This document shows, piece after piece, positions 55,251-64,000 of a DNA stretch of 64,000 nucleotides. The first letter of the stretch is position 1. Every line of letters starts with the position of its first letter. The stretch is from the sequence record PP777464.1; one strand, 5' to 3'. A program made the position numbers and the translations under genes. The notes under the pieces were generated by a model. That model did no database searches. It was not told the origin of the DNA and saw only the letters and a list, made by a program, of their open reading frames with translations.

Positions 55251-55556
55251 ATGGATATACAAACATTCAATAAACTAAAGTACTATGACAATGGTTTTGC
55301 TATTATCATTGATGAACTAGATGGAATACCATATGAGTATCATAATGATGTAATGAAGATAGTAAAAAGTATTTGTAATGATTTAAAAACTATTTTCGAA
55401 AATGAATATGTATACGACTTAGGTACAAACAATAAGAAACTATACATAAAGAAATTCTGTGGAACGCATTGTGGTCTGATGGTTGATTTAGGTTTAAGTG
55501 CTGACAACAATTTCGAAGCATGTAGTTTATATCTGGATGAAATGCGAATCTCATGA
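55251..55556 (+). CDS. F3-like small protein
   Basis: 101 aa, helix then beta strands. Confidence 0.7.
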   Translation: MDIQTFNKLKYYDNGFAIIIDELDGIPYEYHNDVMKIVKSICNDLKTIFENEYVYDLGTNNKKLYIKKFCGTHCGLMVDLGLSADNNFEACSLYLDEMRIS

Positions 55557-55613
55557 GACATATCTTGATTCGGTGATATAATTTCATTACAACACTGACA
55601 TGGAGTAGTTGTT

Positions 55614-55943
55614 GTGAATAACGATTTTTTAAAAATGTGGGAAAAAACAATAGTAATTCTATCTAGTTCATTAATGCACATTTTCAGTACTGATAATTCT
55701 TATAGTTCACATATATTTGATTTAATATGTAATAACTATGTAAATGGTATATCAGATGAAATATGTCCATTCATTGCGTATTCACCGGATGGTATTGAAG
55801 AATTTAATATATGCAACATCAGTTGTGGTTTTGGTGATTGGCTTGTGTTAAATGATCGAGGTGGAATCTGTTTATACATCGAAGATATTGGTAAATTTAT
55901 ATACAAAGGAGTAGAATATGTTAACAATCGCAGCAGTTATTAG
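55614..55943 (+). CDS. Hypothetical protein
   Basis: 109 aa, GTG start with GGAG SD. Confidence 0.7.
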   Translation: MNNDFLKMWEKTIVILSSSLMHIFSTDNSYSSHIFDLICNNYVNGISDEICPFIAYSPDGIEEFNICNISCGFGDWLVLNDRGGICLYIEDIGKFIYKGVEYVNNRSSY

Positions 55944-56514
55944 TGTACTTGGTGTAGTTATTGCAGGTATGCTTGCATACAATTACAATCGTAGTGTTAT
56001 CGGCTATGTACTACTTAGTCTAGTACTAACCCCAGTACTCACCATCGTTACTTTATTAGTGCTAGGTGAACGTAATATCAACTTCATGATTAATGATAAA
56101 CGTGATCAGGTTACACCAGAACCTGAAAAAGTTATTCCTGAAGAACAAGAAGAACTTAAAGTTGAAGTTCAAATGCAAGTGAATGTTCACAATGCACTTG
56201 ATGAATCTGACCCTAAAGTTAATGTTACTGTTGTTCCTGTAGTTAATGAAGTAAAGCCTAAAGCAGCACCGAAAAGTACTAAAGCACCAAAGAACACCAA
56301 AACTACAAAGAAAGCTCGCTATACTAAAGGGAAGAATAAAAACAAAGTCCAAGATGAACCACAACAAGGTACACACGACCATACTTCCCATATTATTACA
56401 GCAGCCACCACCGCAGCAATCGTAACGCCATATATCTCTTCTGCTGATACTGGTTCATATGATAGCTCTAGCTGTGATTCAAGCTCTAGTTCAAGTTCCG
56501 GTAGCTGTGATTAA
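55918..56514 (+). CDS. Membrane protein with Lys-rich linker and Ser/Cys-rich acidic tail
   Basis: Two N-terminal TM helices; KAAPKSTKAPK; HIITAATTAA; ends SYDSSSCDSSSSSSSGSCD. Confidence 0.82.
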   Translation: MLTIAAVISVLGVVIAGMLAYNYNRSVIGYVLLSLVLTPVLTIVTLLVLGERNINFMINDKRDQVTPEPEKVIPEEQEELKVEVQMQVNVHNALDESDPKVNVTVVPVVNEVKPKAAPKSTKAPKNTKTTKKARYTKGKNKNKVQDEPQQGTHDHTSHIITAATTAAIVTPYISSADTGSYDSSSCDSSSSSSSGSCD

Positions 56515-56516
56515 CA

Positions 56517-56849
56517 ATGAAACATCTTGCACAATATAATCAGTACTTGATTGCGTTGCATCAAATGAAAGATGATTTCTATAAAAGTGCAGAAACAGAA
56601 CTCGTCGGTAAGATAGTAAAATTTACTGACGAGTACATCAACCGATATGCGGAAATGGACGATGATCCAGAGTATGAATCATACTACCAGTACATAAATT
56701 CCAATACAAGAATGAGAATTATTGAAATTCTAAAATACGGTATACGTTTAATTGCACAAGTAGAATACATCAATCACGATGCAATTGATGCCGCTGCCTT
56801 TGGTGATGAAATAAGTTTAGAATATCTTATTCAAGTTGATGAGGAATAA
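56517..56849 (+). CDS. F3 small protein
   Basis: ELVGKIVKF ... RIIEI. Confidence 0.78.
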   Translation: MKHLAQYNQYLIALHQMKDDFYKSAETELVGKIVKFTDEYINRYAEMDDDPEYESYYQYINSNTRMRIIEILKYGIRLIAQVEYINHDAIDAAAFGDEISLEYLIQVDEE

Positions 56850-56851
56850 TA

Positions 56852-57067
56852 ATGACTACCTTTTTTGCAATATATGGATTTGTTGCGTTTTGCTCATTTA
56901 TATGTAACTTTCTAGTACTGAATTGGAAATGTTTCAAAGATGAAATCATAACTGCAATGAGTCTACAATCAGCAGCACTAATGGCTATAATTTGGCCTGT
57001 AACTATGGTGTATCTTTTTATCTCAATAACAAAAGATATCATATCCCACTTCAAGAGAAAGAAATAA
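56852..57067 (+). CDS. Small membrane protein
   Basis: Two hydrophobic helices, IIWP motif, basic tail. Confidence 0.8.
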   Translation: MTTFFAIYGFVAFCSFICNFLVLNWKCFKDEIITAMSLQSAALMAIIWPVTMVYLFISITKDIISHFKRKK

Positions 57068-57321
57068 TGTTCAACACCGACTATTCACATTTGCGATATC
57101 TTATGTCTTTGGCTGATGATTTTATTAATGATTTGAAGCCGAAGTATATTGGACAAGAAGTACGTTTGATAAACTCAAGGGGTTATGGGAAGTACATTAT
57201 CGCTGATATGTATATTAGCGGTGGTGAATGGCGTTTCAAAGTTAATACGTATCTTAAAGATGGTTCTTTTGCAGGTACACAAGTTACAAAACACACTAAC
57301 ATTATATGGTTGGAACAATAA
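57067..57321 (+). CDS. F3 small protein
   Basis: PKYIGQEVRL ... IIADMYISGG; start moved to 57067. Confidence 0.8.
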   Translation: MFNTDYSHLRYLMSLADDFINDLKPKYIGQEVRLINSRGYGKYIIADMYISGGEWRFKVNTYLKDGSFAGTQVTKHTNIIWLEQ

Positions 57322-58064
57322 TGAAACATTTTTTGGAAGTTACAGTACCGGATGATAAAGATTTATATATCGTTGGTGATTTACACGGCAATGGAAAACT
57401 GTGGGATGCTACCAAGAAAGAATTTGGTATCACCAATAATGACTATGTTTTTTGTGTAGGTGATGTTATTGACCGTGGTGACCAGAATTCCAAACTACTG
57501 TTTGAATTCCTTTTCGGTGAAAACCGTTTTATGATTGCTGGTAACCACGAGATCATGTGCGTTGATTCTGAAACTCACCGTGACTGGCATCACTGTTGGG
57601 TACAAAATGGTGGAGATAAGTTCATTGATGAAGTTGGTGAGACAGGTATACAGTTCTTCCGTCAGTACTTAAAGGATCTCCCTATGATTATCCAAATCAA
57701 TCACCGAGGATTGAAGATTGGACTGGTTCATGCTGGTGTTCCTTTGGAATATACCACATGGGAACGTTTCGTTAGTGGGACAAAATCACTTAGTGCTGAT
57801 ATAATTGAGAAGTGCTTGTGGGACCGTGATACATTCGACTACTGCAAGAAAAATAACACATATTACGTCCCTAGACTTGATGGTATCCATTGCGTCTTTA
57901 GTGGTCATACCGCAGTATCCGACCCACTCATTTATGGTAATCGTATCTGGATTGATAGTCAGTTCTTAACTGGTGATTTGACTCTTGCAACTCCCCAAAG
58001 TGGTGGGATGAGATACTTACGTAAAGAAAAAGATGAGTACTCATTTAACCGCTTCAAAAGGTAA
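57321..58064 (+). CDS. Ser/Thr protein phosphatase (lambda NinI / PphA family)
   Basis: GDLHG, GDVIDRG, GNHE, W..NGG, VHAG, LWDR, GHT, ID. Confidence 0.93.
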   Translation: MKHFLEVTVPDDKDLYIVGDLHGNGKLWDATKKEFGITNNDYVFCVGDVIDRGDQNSKLLFEFLFGENRFMIAGNHEIMCVDSETHRDWHHCWVQNGGDKFIDEVGETGIQFFRQYLKDLPMIIQINHRGLKIGLVHAGVPLEYTTWERFVSGTKSLSADIIEKCLWDRDTFDYCKKNNTYYVPRLDGIHCVFSGHTAVSDPLIYGNRIWIDSQFLTGDLTLATPQSGGMRYLRKEKDEYSFNRFKR

Positions 58065-58068
58065 TAAT

Positions 58069-58338
58069 ATGCATGATGTAGTTAAAAAATACTTAAATGA
58101 TAGATATGTTGTGAAAAAATCTATTAATTCTATCCTAAAAGACCATGCTAATCAAATACGTGAGATTCTATCAAAGAAACTTATTGGTTGCTCAGTTGAA
58201 TTCAACTACAAAAAGAATGTGGTGAAGAGTGGAGTTATTAGTCGTGTAGTTGCTGTTTATGACCAAAATGTATATGTTGAAATTGAATATGATGGTAAAT
58301 TATTACAATTAAGTACTGAAGATTTAACATTTTTATAA
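58069..58338 (+). CDS. F3 small protein
   Basis: KKLIGCSVEF ... GVISRV; start moved to 58069. Confidence 0.8.
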   Translation: MHDVVKKYLNDRYVVKKSINSILKDHANQIREILSKKLIGCSVEFNYKKNVVKSGVISRVVAVYDQNVYVEIEYDGKLLQLSTEDLTFL

Positions 58339-58348
58339 GGAAATAGAA

Positions 58349-58576
58349 ATGAAAGTAATTCAAGTTATGGTAGAAAAATACCAAACTGAAGATGGTCGTA
58401 TTTTTGATTCAGCAAAACAAGCTGAACACCATGAACGTATTATTTCTGGAGCACGTAAAGTGTGCCCTACATGTAATGGTACACAACAAGTTCCATCTGA
58501 AGACTATCGCAGTTATTATGCTTGTCCACATTGTGATGGTAAAGGGTTTGTAGAAAAACAAGAGGTATGGAAATGA
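58349..58576 (+). CDS. DnaJ-type zinc-finger small protein
   Basis: CPTCNGT and CPHCDGKG (CxxCxGxG). Confidence 0.8.
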   Translation: MKVIQVMVEKYQTEDGRIFDSAKQAEHHERIISGARKVCPTCNGTQQVPSEDYRSYYACPHCDGKGFVEKQEVWK

Positions 58577-58986
58577 AATTATATTGCTTAACAAACATGT
58601 ACTGTCAAGGTGTCCAAGCTGGCATTCAAGCATTTCATGCTGGCATAAAACTAATTAAAGAATATGAAGGTACTGCTTTCAGTACTATTATTGATGAATG
58701 GTATTATGACCACGAAACTATTGTAGTACTAAATGCTGGTGGTCATGATAAGTTAAATTCTTATTATGATGACCTTTGTAAGCAGGGAAAAGTGCCATTC
58801 GCTAAATTCAATGAAGCCGGATTAAATGATGCAACTACATGTGTAGCAGTACTATGTACATCTGAAATGGTTGAAGACATGTCTGTTATGCGTATGAATC
58901 TTCCTGCTGGGGATCAACTAATGCAAGTAAAATATGGTGCATTGTTTAACACATTAAAAGCAATTAGCACAATGAGGACTGTTTGA
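58567..58986 (+). CDS. Peptidyl-tRNA hydrolase 2-like protein
   Basis: GIQAFHA, W...HETIVVLN.G, F.E..L....T.VAV; PTH2-like pattern. Confidence 0.55.
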   Translation: MEMKLYCLTNMYCQGVQAGIQAFHAGIKLIKEYEGTAFSTIIDEWYYDHETIVVLNAGGHDKLNSYYDDLCKQGKVPFAKFNEAGLNDATTCVAVLCTSEMVEDMSVMRMNLPAGDQLMQVKYGALFNTLKAISTMRTV

Positions 58987-60185
58987 TGGATTTTCCAGAG
59001 AAGTTATTTGTGGCTCGTTCATATGTAAATCATAACCAAGTTACTGGTTACATTATAGATGCCACAAAATCACACACAAAAGCGTTTGAGACTAAAAAAG
59101 AAAAGGCCGAGTACTGGGCTAAGAAAAACAATCTACCTTCACTATGGATTGATAATGTGCCTACAATTGGGTTTTCTGTGGTACATAAGCTCACTGTTCA
59201 TGCTCGCGAAACATACTTCACCATACGTCACCCTGAAGGTTTCGAGTTCTTGGTGAGTGCTAAAAACATGAACGACCTTATCATCAACAATGATATTGTT
59301 AAGGGTGTATTTGTTGAACCTATGTTCTTTAATAATAGTTTAGAACTAATTAACGGTAAAACTAAAACCTTTGCTAAATTGGTTGAGAAGGAGAATAAGA
59401 AAGAACATCAAAAAGAAGTTGTTTCTAAATTGAAAGTGGGTGATGGTTTTAGACACAATAAGGAAGATTACTATTATTGTGGTAAAGTAAATGCTATTTG
59501 TATCAAGAAAACTAAAGAGTTTTCATTTTCTGATAAGAGTTCCAAGTATCACTTAGTATATAATACTACTCGTGGGACATATGCTCTTAATGCTCGTCTT
59601 GAAACTTATGCGTTAGAACCAAGTGCTGCACTGAATGTAAAAACTACAGTTCAAGATGAAATTGTTAAAGCTAATGCATTTTGGCAAAATATCCAACGAA
59701 ATCGCAGTAACCCATTATGTGAAAGCAATATTCCAGTACTGATAAGTGATAAGTCGTTTAAAGCACAAGATTTGAAAGTAAAGTACGAAGAAATCAATCC
59801 TGATGATATAATGAGTAATGGACGATTCAATGAGAACGTACCGTTCATGTGTAAAGTTGATGAACAGGCATATCGTGTTTTCTTTGGTGTAAAGAACAAT
59901 ACAACCAGAAGTTATTATGGTCGCAATGGTGATTATATTCTTCAATACACTGATGTATTTGAACGATACAGTGCGTATCCAGTTGAAATTGATGCTAATG
60001 GTATTATGACAATGGATGTGGATTTAAACGAACATGTATCATTTGGTACATGGAATGGATACCGTTCTCCTTTCTTCCCACCAACTGAAAATAAAACAGC
60101 ATCAACTCGTTACTACCAAGAAAAACCTTGTCACGTCCAGCTATCACTAAGTAATAAACTTTACATTGGAAAGTATTATCTATAA
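58983..60185 (+). CDS. Hypothetical protein (400 aa)
   Basis: Long ORF, GAGG SD; no motif recognised. Confidence 0.85.
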   Translation: MMDFPEKLFVARSYVNHNQVTGYIIDATKSHTKAFETKKEKAEYWAKKNNLPSLWIDNVPTIGFSVVHKLTVHARETYFTIRHPEGFEFLVSAKNMNDLIINNDIVKGVFVEPMFFNNSLELINGKTKTFAKLVEKENKKEHQKEVVSKLKVGDGFRHNKEDYYYCGKVNAICIKKTKEFSFSDKSSKYHLVYNTTRGTYALNARLETYALEPSAALNVKTTVQDEIVKANAFWQNIQRNRSNPLCESNIPVLISDKSFKAQDLKVKYEEINPDDIMSNGRFNENVPFMCKVDEQAYRVFFGVKNNTTRSYYGRNGDYILQYTDVFERYSAYPVEIDANGIMTMDVDLNEHVSFGTWNGYRSPFFPPTENKTASTRYYQEKPCHVQLSLSNKLYIGKYYL

Positions 60186-60196
60186 GGGAATATACA

Positions 60197-61615
60197 ATGA
60201 GCATTTTAGCAATTCTTGAAAGCATTAAAAATACTAGCAGTACTCTGGGTAAAAAAGCTATCCTTGAACAAAACAAAGATAATCAAACATTACAAAAAGT
60301 ACTGAAATATACACTAGACCCTTCAATTGTAAGTGGATATAAAAAGCTACCACAAGCTGATGATCTATACCAACATATGACATTAGACGAAGCAATTGAT
60401 AAGCTAGAATGCATTTACAAACGTGGTGTGACCGGAAATGCTGGACGTGACTTCATTGCTTCAGTACTGGGTTCTGTATCAGAAGATGACCAAGAAGTTC
60501 TTCGTAAAATGCTCACGAAGAACCTTGATTGTGGTATCCAAGAAAAGAACTGTAATGATGTGTTCGGGAAAGGTTTCATCAAAGACGAACCATACATGCG
60601 TTGTTCTTTGATTGACAAAAAGACTGCAAAGAACATTAACTTCAAAGATTATGGTTATGCTATATCAGAAGTTAAAATGGATGGTCAGTACTTGAACCAC
60701 GTTGTCATTAATGGTTCATTAACTTCTACATCCCGTAATGGTAAACTATACGACTTCCTAGGTTGTCGTGATGGTGAGATGGCAGGTCTTGCTCACATTA
60801 TCCAAAGTAAAGATGAACGTTTTAGTAGTGGTGTAGTCTTTATGGGTGAAGGTGTAGTACTGGACAATGATGGAGAAACCATTCTCCCACGCACTACTGG
60901 TAACGGTATCATTCAGAAAGCTGGTAAAGATAGCATCAGTCAGAATGAAGCAATGCGTACTGTATTCGTTCTCTGGGATGTTGTTCCATATGATGCATTT
61001 TGTGAAGGTGTATGGAATGTAAAACGCAAAGAACGCCGCGAGATCTTAGTAGATGCAATTAACGAACTCGGTAGTGATTTTGTTCGTATGGTTGGATTCC
61101 GTAAAGTTCTAAACATCAAAGAAGCATTTGAGTACAATAGTGAACTAATGAACGAAGGTGAAGAGGGTTCAGTACTGAAATGTGAAGATGGTATCTGGAA
61201 ATCTCACACTTCTCCTAAGCAGTTGAAAATGAAACTTAAAATGCAATTGGACTTGCGTATTGTTGGTTTCAATGAAGGTGAAGGTAAGCGTAAAGGTAGC
61301 CTTGGTTCTTTACAACTGGAAAGTGCTTGTGGTACATTGAAAGTTAATGTAGGCACTGGAATTAAAGAGAAAGACGCAGAATGGACGTTTAAAACCATTT
61401 GGGAAAGAATGCAAGAACTCATTGGTCAAGTAGTGACAGTAGAGTGCAATGATATTGTGTTCGATAAGCGAACTGGCGAGCCATCACTATTTTTACCAGT
61501 GTTTATTGAATTTAGATTTGACAAAAACACCTGTGACGACTATACTCGTATCTTAGAAATTCGTGATAGTGCTGTTGAGGTGTTCTCTAATAGTATTCTT
61601 GAATCACTCGGTTAA
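60197..61615 (+). CDS. lig: ATP-dependent DNA ligase (T4 gp30-like)
   Basis: N-terminal domain with DLxCG, motif I EVKMDG, SRNGK, GE, WD, motif IV EGSVLK, motif V KMK, OB fold GTG, LFLPVF..FR.DK. Confidence 0.95.
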   Translation: MSILAILESIKNTSSTLGKKAILEQNKDNQTLQKVLKYTLDPSIVSGYKKLPQADDLYQHMTLDEAIDKLECIYKRGVTGNAGRDFIASVLGSVSEDDQEVLRKMLTKNLDCGIQEKNCNDVFGKGFIKDEPYMRCSLIDKKTAKNINFKDYGYAISEVKMDGQYLNHVVINGSLTSTSRNGKLYDFLGCRDGEMAGLAHIIQSKDERFSSGVVFMGEGVVLDNDGETILPRTTGNGIIQKAGKDSISQNEAMRTVFVLWDVVPYDAFCEGVWNVKRKERREILVDAINELGSDFVRMVGFRKVLNIKEAFEYNSELMNEGEEGSVLKCEDGIWKSHTSPKQLKMKLKMQLDLRIVGFNEGEGKRKGSLGSLQLESACGTLKVNVGTGIKEKDAEWTFKTIWERMQELIGQVVTVECNDIVFDKRTGEPSLFLPVFIEFRFDKNTCDDYTRILEIRDSAVEVFSNSILESLG

Positions 61616-61634
61616 TCATTTATAGGAGGTAATT

Positions 61635-62426
61635 ATGAAATTTGTTGTAACGTCAGACGTACACGGTGGCACTGATTACCTCCATAGTGGTGATTACAGT
61701 GATACAGTACTGATTATTGCTGGGGATTTTGATGAAGTTAAACGTAGTCGTTATCGTACTGGCATCGAATCCCTGTGCAAGCAGTTCAAGAATGTAGTAC
61801 TGGTTCCTGGTAATCATGAGTACTACGGTTCAAACATTCACAAGACTAATAAAGTACTGTCCGATATGCAAGATGAGATTCCAAATTTCATCTTTTTGCA
61901 AAACAAATTTGTATGGCTGGATGGTGTACTGCTGGTTGGTAGTACACTGTGGACTGACTTTGATAAAGGCAACGCACTGGTTAAGTTTGATGCTCAACAA
62001 AAGATGAATGATTATAAACACATTCGTCATGGAACAACATCAGAACCGTGGAAACGTAAGCTCAAACCTGATGATGTTGAGTTCATGCATCATCAGGATA
62101 AACAATTTATCAAAAATTCAGTTAACACAGTTCGTCTAATGAATGATAATGATTTCAAGGTTGTGGTGGTAACACATCATGCACCAAGTTATCAGAGTGT
62201 ATCTCCGAGATACAAGAATGACTCACTGAATGGATGTTATTGTTCTGATATGGACCAGTACATCGAAGATTTGGGTGCTGATGTTTGGATTCATGGTCAC
62301 GTTCATAGTAGCTTTGACTACAACATTGGGAAAACTCGTATCATTTGTAATCCAAGAGGTTATGAATCTTACAGTGGTGCATGTGAGAACTTCGATTACG
62401 ATCCTAAATTTGTATTTGAAATCTAA
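61635..62426 (+). CDS. Calcineurin-like metallophosphoesterase
   Basis: SDVH, AGD, PGNHEYY, G.TLWTDF, THHAPS, HGHVH, NPRGY. Confidence 0.92.
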   Translation: MKFVVTSDVHGGTDYLHSGDYSDTVLIIAGDFDEVKRSRYRTGIESLCKQFKNVVLVPGNHEYYGSNIHKTNKVLSDMQDEIPNFIFLQNKFVWLDGVLLVGSTLWTDFDKGNALVKFDAQQKMNDYKHIRHGTTSEPWKRKLKPDDVEFMHHQDKQFIKNSVNTVRLMNDNDFKVVVVTHHAPSYQSVSPRYKNDSLNGCYCSDMDQYIEDLGADVWIHGHVHSSFDYNIGKTRIICNPRGYESYSGACENFDYDPKFVFEI

Positions 62427-62435
62427 GGAATTACT

Positions 62436-62831
62436 ATGATATATACATTGCATATAAAAGACAAAATGCTTGTTATATTGGGTAGCTGTCATTTGTATCG
62501 ACGATGGGGTATGCGTATACTATACTCTTGTGATAAAACCCAATACTACAATCCTGATGGTACTGGCACTGTGATGAAAGATAGGTATAACTTCACCAGT
62601 GATGTAAGACAAGCAGACGATTTGGATTCATTTGTGGGAAAGGTGTATGTTCTTGTACATGATGATAGTCGTGGTGATGTGTTACCATTCAGTACTTTAT
62701 CAATTAATACGTTCTTTAAATACGAACAATTTTCAAATTCACTAAGAATGATTGAGATTGATTTTGATGACATCCCAGTTGGTATACGATATGAATTTCT
62801 TCATGCTCTTGCGTCAATAGGGGTGTACTGA
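62436..62831 (+). CDS. Hypothetical protein
   Basis: 131 aa, AAGGA SD. Confidence 0.8.
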   Translation: MIYTLHIKDKMLVILGSCHLYRRWGMRILYSCDKTQYYNPDGTGTVMKDRYNFTSDVRQADDLDSFVGKVYVLVHDDSRGDVLPFSTLSINTFFKYEQFSNSLRMIEIDFDDIPVGIRYEFLHALASIGVY

Positions 62832-63214
62832 TGGAAAATATCGTTGTGTATGTAATTGAGTACAATGATGAAATAAAGTACGTAATTAATGGTTATAAAC
62901 ATTACTCCAGTGCAGCCAGAAAGCTGGAAATATATTCAAAAGAAGCAAGAAACTACTGCTTAGATGATGATTCAGTTGAGGTTTGGATTGATGGAAATGC
63001 AGAGTACTTTGATGCTAACTTCTATGAAGATCTTGACAAATCAAATGAATTATACATTTATGTAGAAAATGAACGTTATTACACAAATTCTTTGTTTGAC
63101 ATTACCGACTCTACGGTGTATGATAATGCTATGGTTAAGTTGTTAAAGATTGACCACGATATGTTTAATAAACATACAATTTGCGGTTTACTCGATTTTT
63201 TAAGAAACTTGTAG
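62831..63214 (+). CDS. Hypothetical protein, acidic
   Basis: 127 aa, TGATG-coupled. Confidence 0.8.
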   Translation: MENIVVYVIEYNDEIKYVINGYKHYSSAARKLEIYSKEARNYCLDDDSVEVWIDGNAEYFDANFYEDLDKSNELYIYVENERYYTNSLFDITDSTVYDNAMVKLLKIDHDMFNKHTICGLLDFLRNL

Positions 63215-63239
63215 ACAAATACGAACACTGTGATATAAT
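63212..63239 (+). promoter_or_regulatory. sigma70 promoter for clpP
   Basis: TAGACA-16-TATAAT, with TGTGA just upstream of the -10. Confidence 0.7.
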
Positions 63240-63273
63240 ACTCACATCAATGAAACAATAGAGGAAAATAACA

Positions 63274-63969
63274 ATGGTTGAACAATTCAATTTTGGTGGT
63301 TATGCTGGTGGTGAAGTTCGCGACATTTCTATTCCTTATGTAGTTGAAAAAGTTAATGGTGCAGAACGTACTTATGATCTAGCATCTCGTATGATGCAAG
63401 ACCGTATCATTTTCCTTGATACTGACTTCAATGACCAAATGGCACATATCATCAAGCAACAATTGGTGTGGTTGGATTCTCAGGGTTCTGAACCAATTAC
63501 CTTCTACATTAGTTCTCCTGGTGGTTCAGTACACGCAGGTTTAGGTATCGCTGACATTGCTAAGTCTTGTGTATCTCCTATCCGTACAGTAGTAATGGGT
63601 TATGCAGCATCAATGGGTTGCTATACACAATCAGTAGTTGGTACTAAAGGTTTCCGTCTAGGCGGGAAGCGTTCTTACTTCATGTGTCACCAAGTAAGTT
63701 CCGGTACTCAGGGTCTGATTACTGATCAGAAGATTTCCTTGAAACACTCTGATGCATTGAACACACTACTGACTAAAGAAATTGCTGAAGCAGTTGGTGT
63801 ATCACACGAACAACTACTGAAAGATGCGGATCGTGACCTGTGGTTGAACGCTGAAGAAGCACTCGAATACGGTGAACATGGTTTCATTGATGGTATCATC
63901 CTTGGTCCACGCAACGAAGAAGGTAAGTATCTCGTCAAACGTCGCGGTGGCGTGGAAGAGTGGGTCTAA
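63274..63969 (+). CDS. clpP: ClpP protease proteolytic subunit
   Basis: E...D..SR...DRIIFL, YISSPGGSV.AG, G.AASMG (catalytic Ser), CHQ (His), D.DRD. Confidence 0.93.
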   Translation: MVEQFNFGGYAGGEVRDISIPYVVEKVNGAERTYDLASRMMQDRIIFLDTDFNDQMAHIIKQQLVWLDSQGSEPITFYISSPGGSVHAGLGIADIAKSCVSPIRTVVMGYAASMGCYTQSVVGTKGFRLGGKRSYFMCHQVSSGTQGLITDQKISLKHSDALNTLLTKEIAEAVGVSHEQLLKDADRDLWLNAEEALEYGEHGFIDGIILGPRNEEGKYLVKRRGGVEEWV

Positions 63970-63986
63970 TTTGAATTTCATTTGAT

Positions 63987-64000
63987 GCCTCATTTGGGGC
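63987..64000 (+). terminator. Probable terminator cut by the window end
   Basis: GCCTC-attt-GGGGC after the clpP stop. Confidence 0.4.

Noticed and set aside
976-63938. Minus-strand ORFs and short alternative-frame + ORFs in the track
   Set aside because: All lie within better-supported + strand genes, lack SDs and have implausible composition; treated as shadow ORFs.

Overview
This window is 64 kb of an AT-rich lytic phage genome, with every credible gene on the + strand. The gene set includes T4-like DNA ligase, RNA ligase 1, polynucleotide kinase/phosphatase, ClpP, Ser/Thr phosphatase, a Dam-family methyltransferase and a cytidyltransferase-like protein. It suggests a jumbo myovirus of the RaK2/GAP32/121Q type; this is inference, as no search was run. 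Layout: (1) 1-3.6 kb, a GC-richer early/host-takeover region built from repeated strong sigma70 promoter + leader-hairpin cassettes. (2) 3.8-10.0 kb, an unbroken tandem array of 28 translationally coupled ~70-aa paralogs sharing a GT[ND][YF]QE motif (family F1, 32 copies in total). (3) 10-50.8 kb, about 50 otherwise divergent proteins sharing a C-proximal EExxFQxS[LT] motif (family F2). (4) 42.6-43.2 kb, a ~600-nt non-coding region with extensive nested base pairing (candidate large structured ncRNA). (5) 46-58 kb, a third family of ~20 small helix+beta proteins (F3) interleaved with RNA-repair and phosphatase genes. (6) 60-64 kb, DNA ligase, a metallophosphoesterase and ClpP. The hexamer AGTACT (core GTAC) is strongly over-represented, except in an ~8.6-kb block (11.8-20.4 kb) where AGTACA/TGTACA replaces it. 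A 50-N gap at 19817-19866 lies within an imperfect inverted repeat. All counts and alignments were made by eye.
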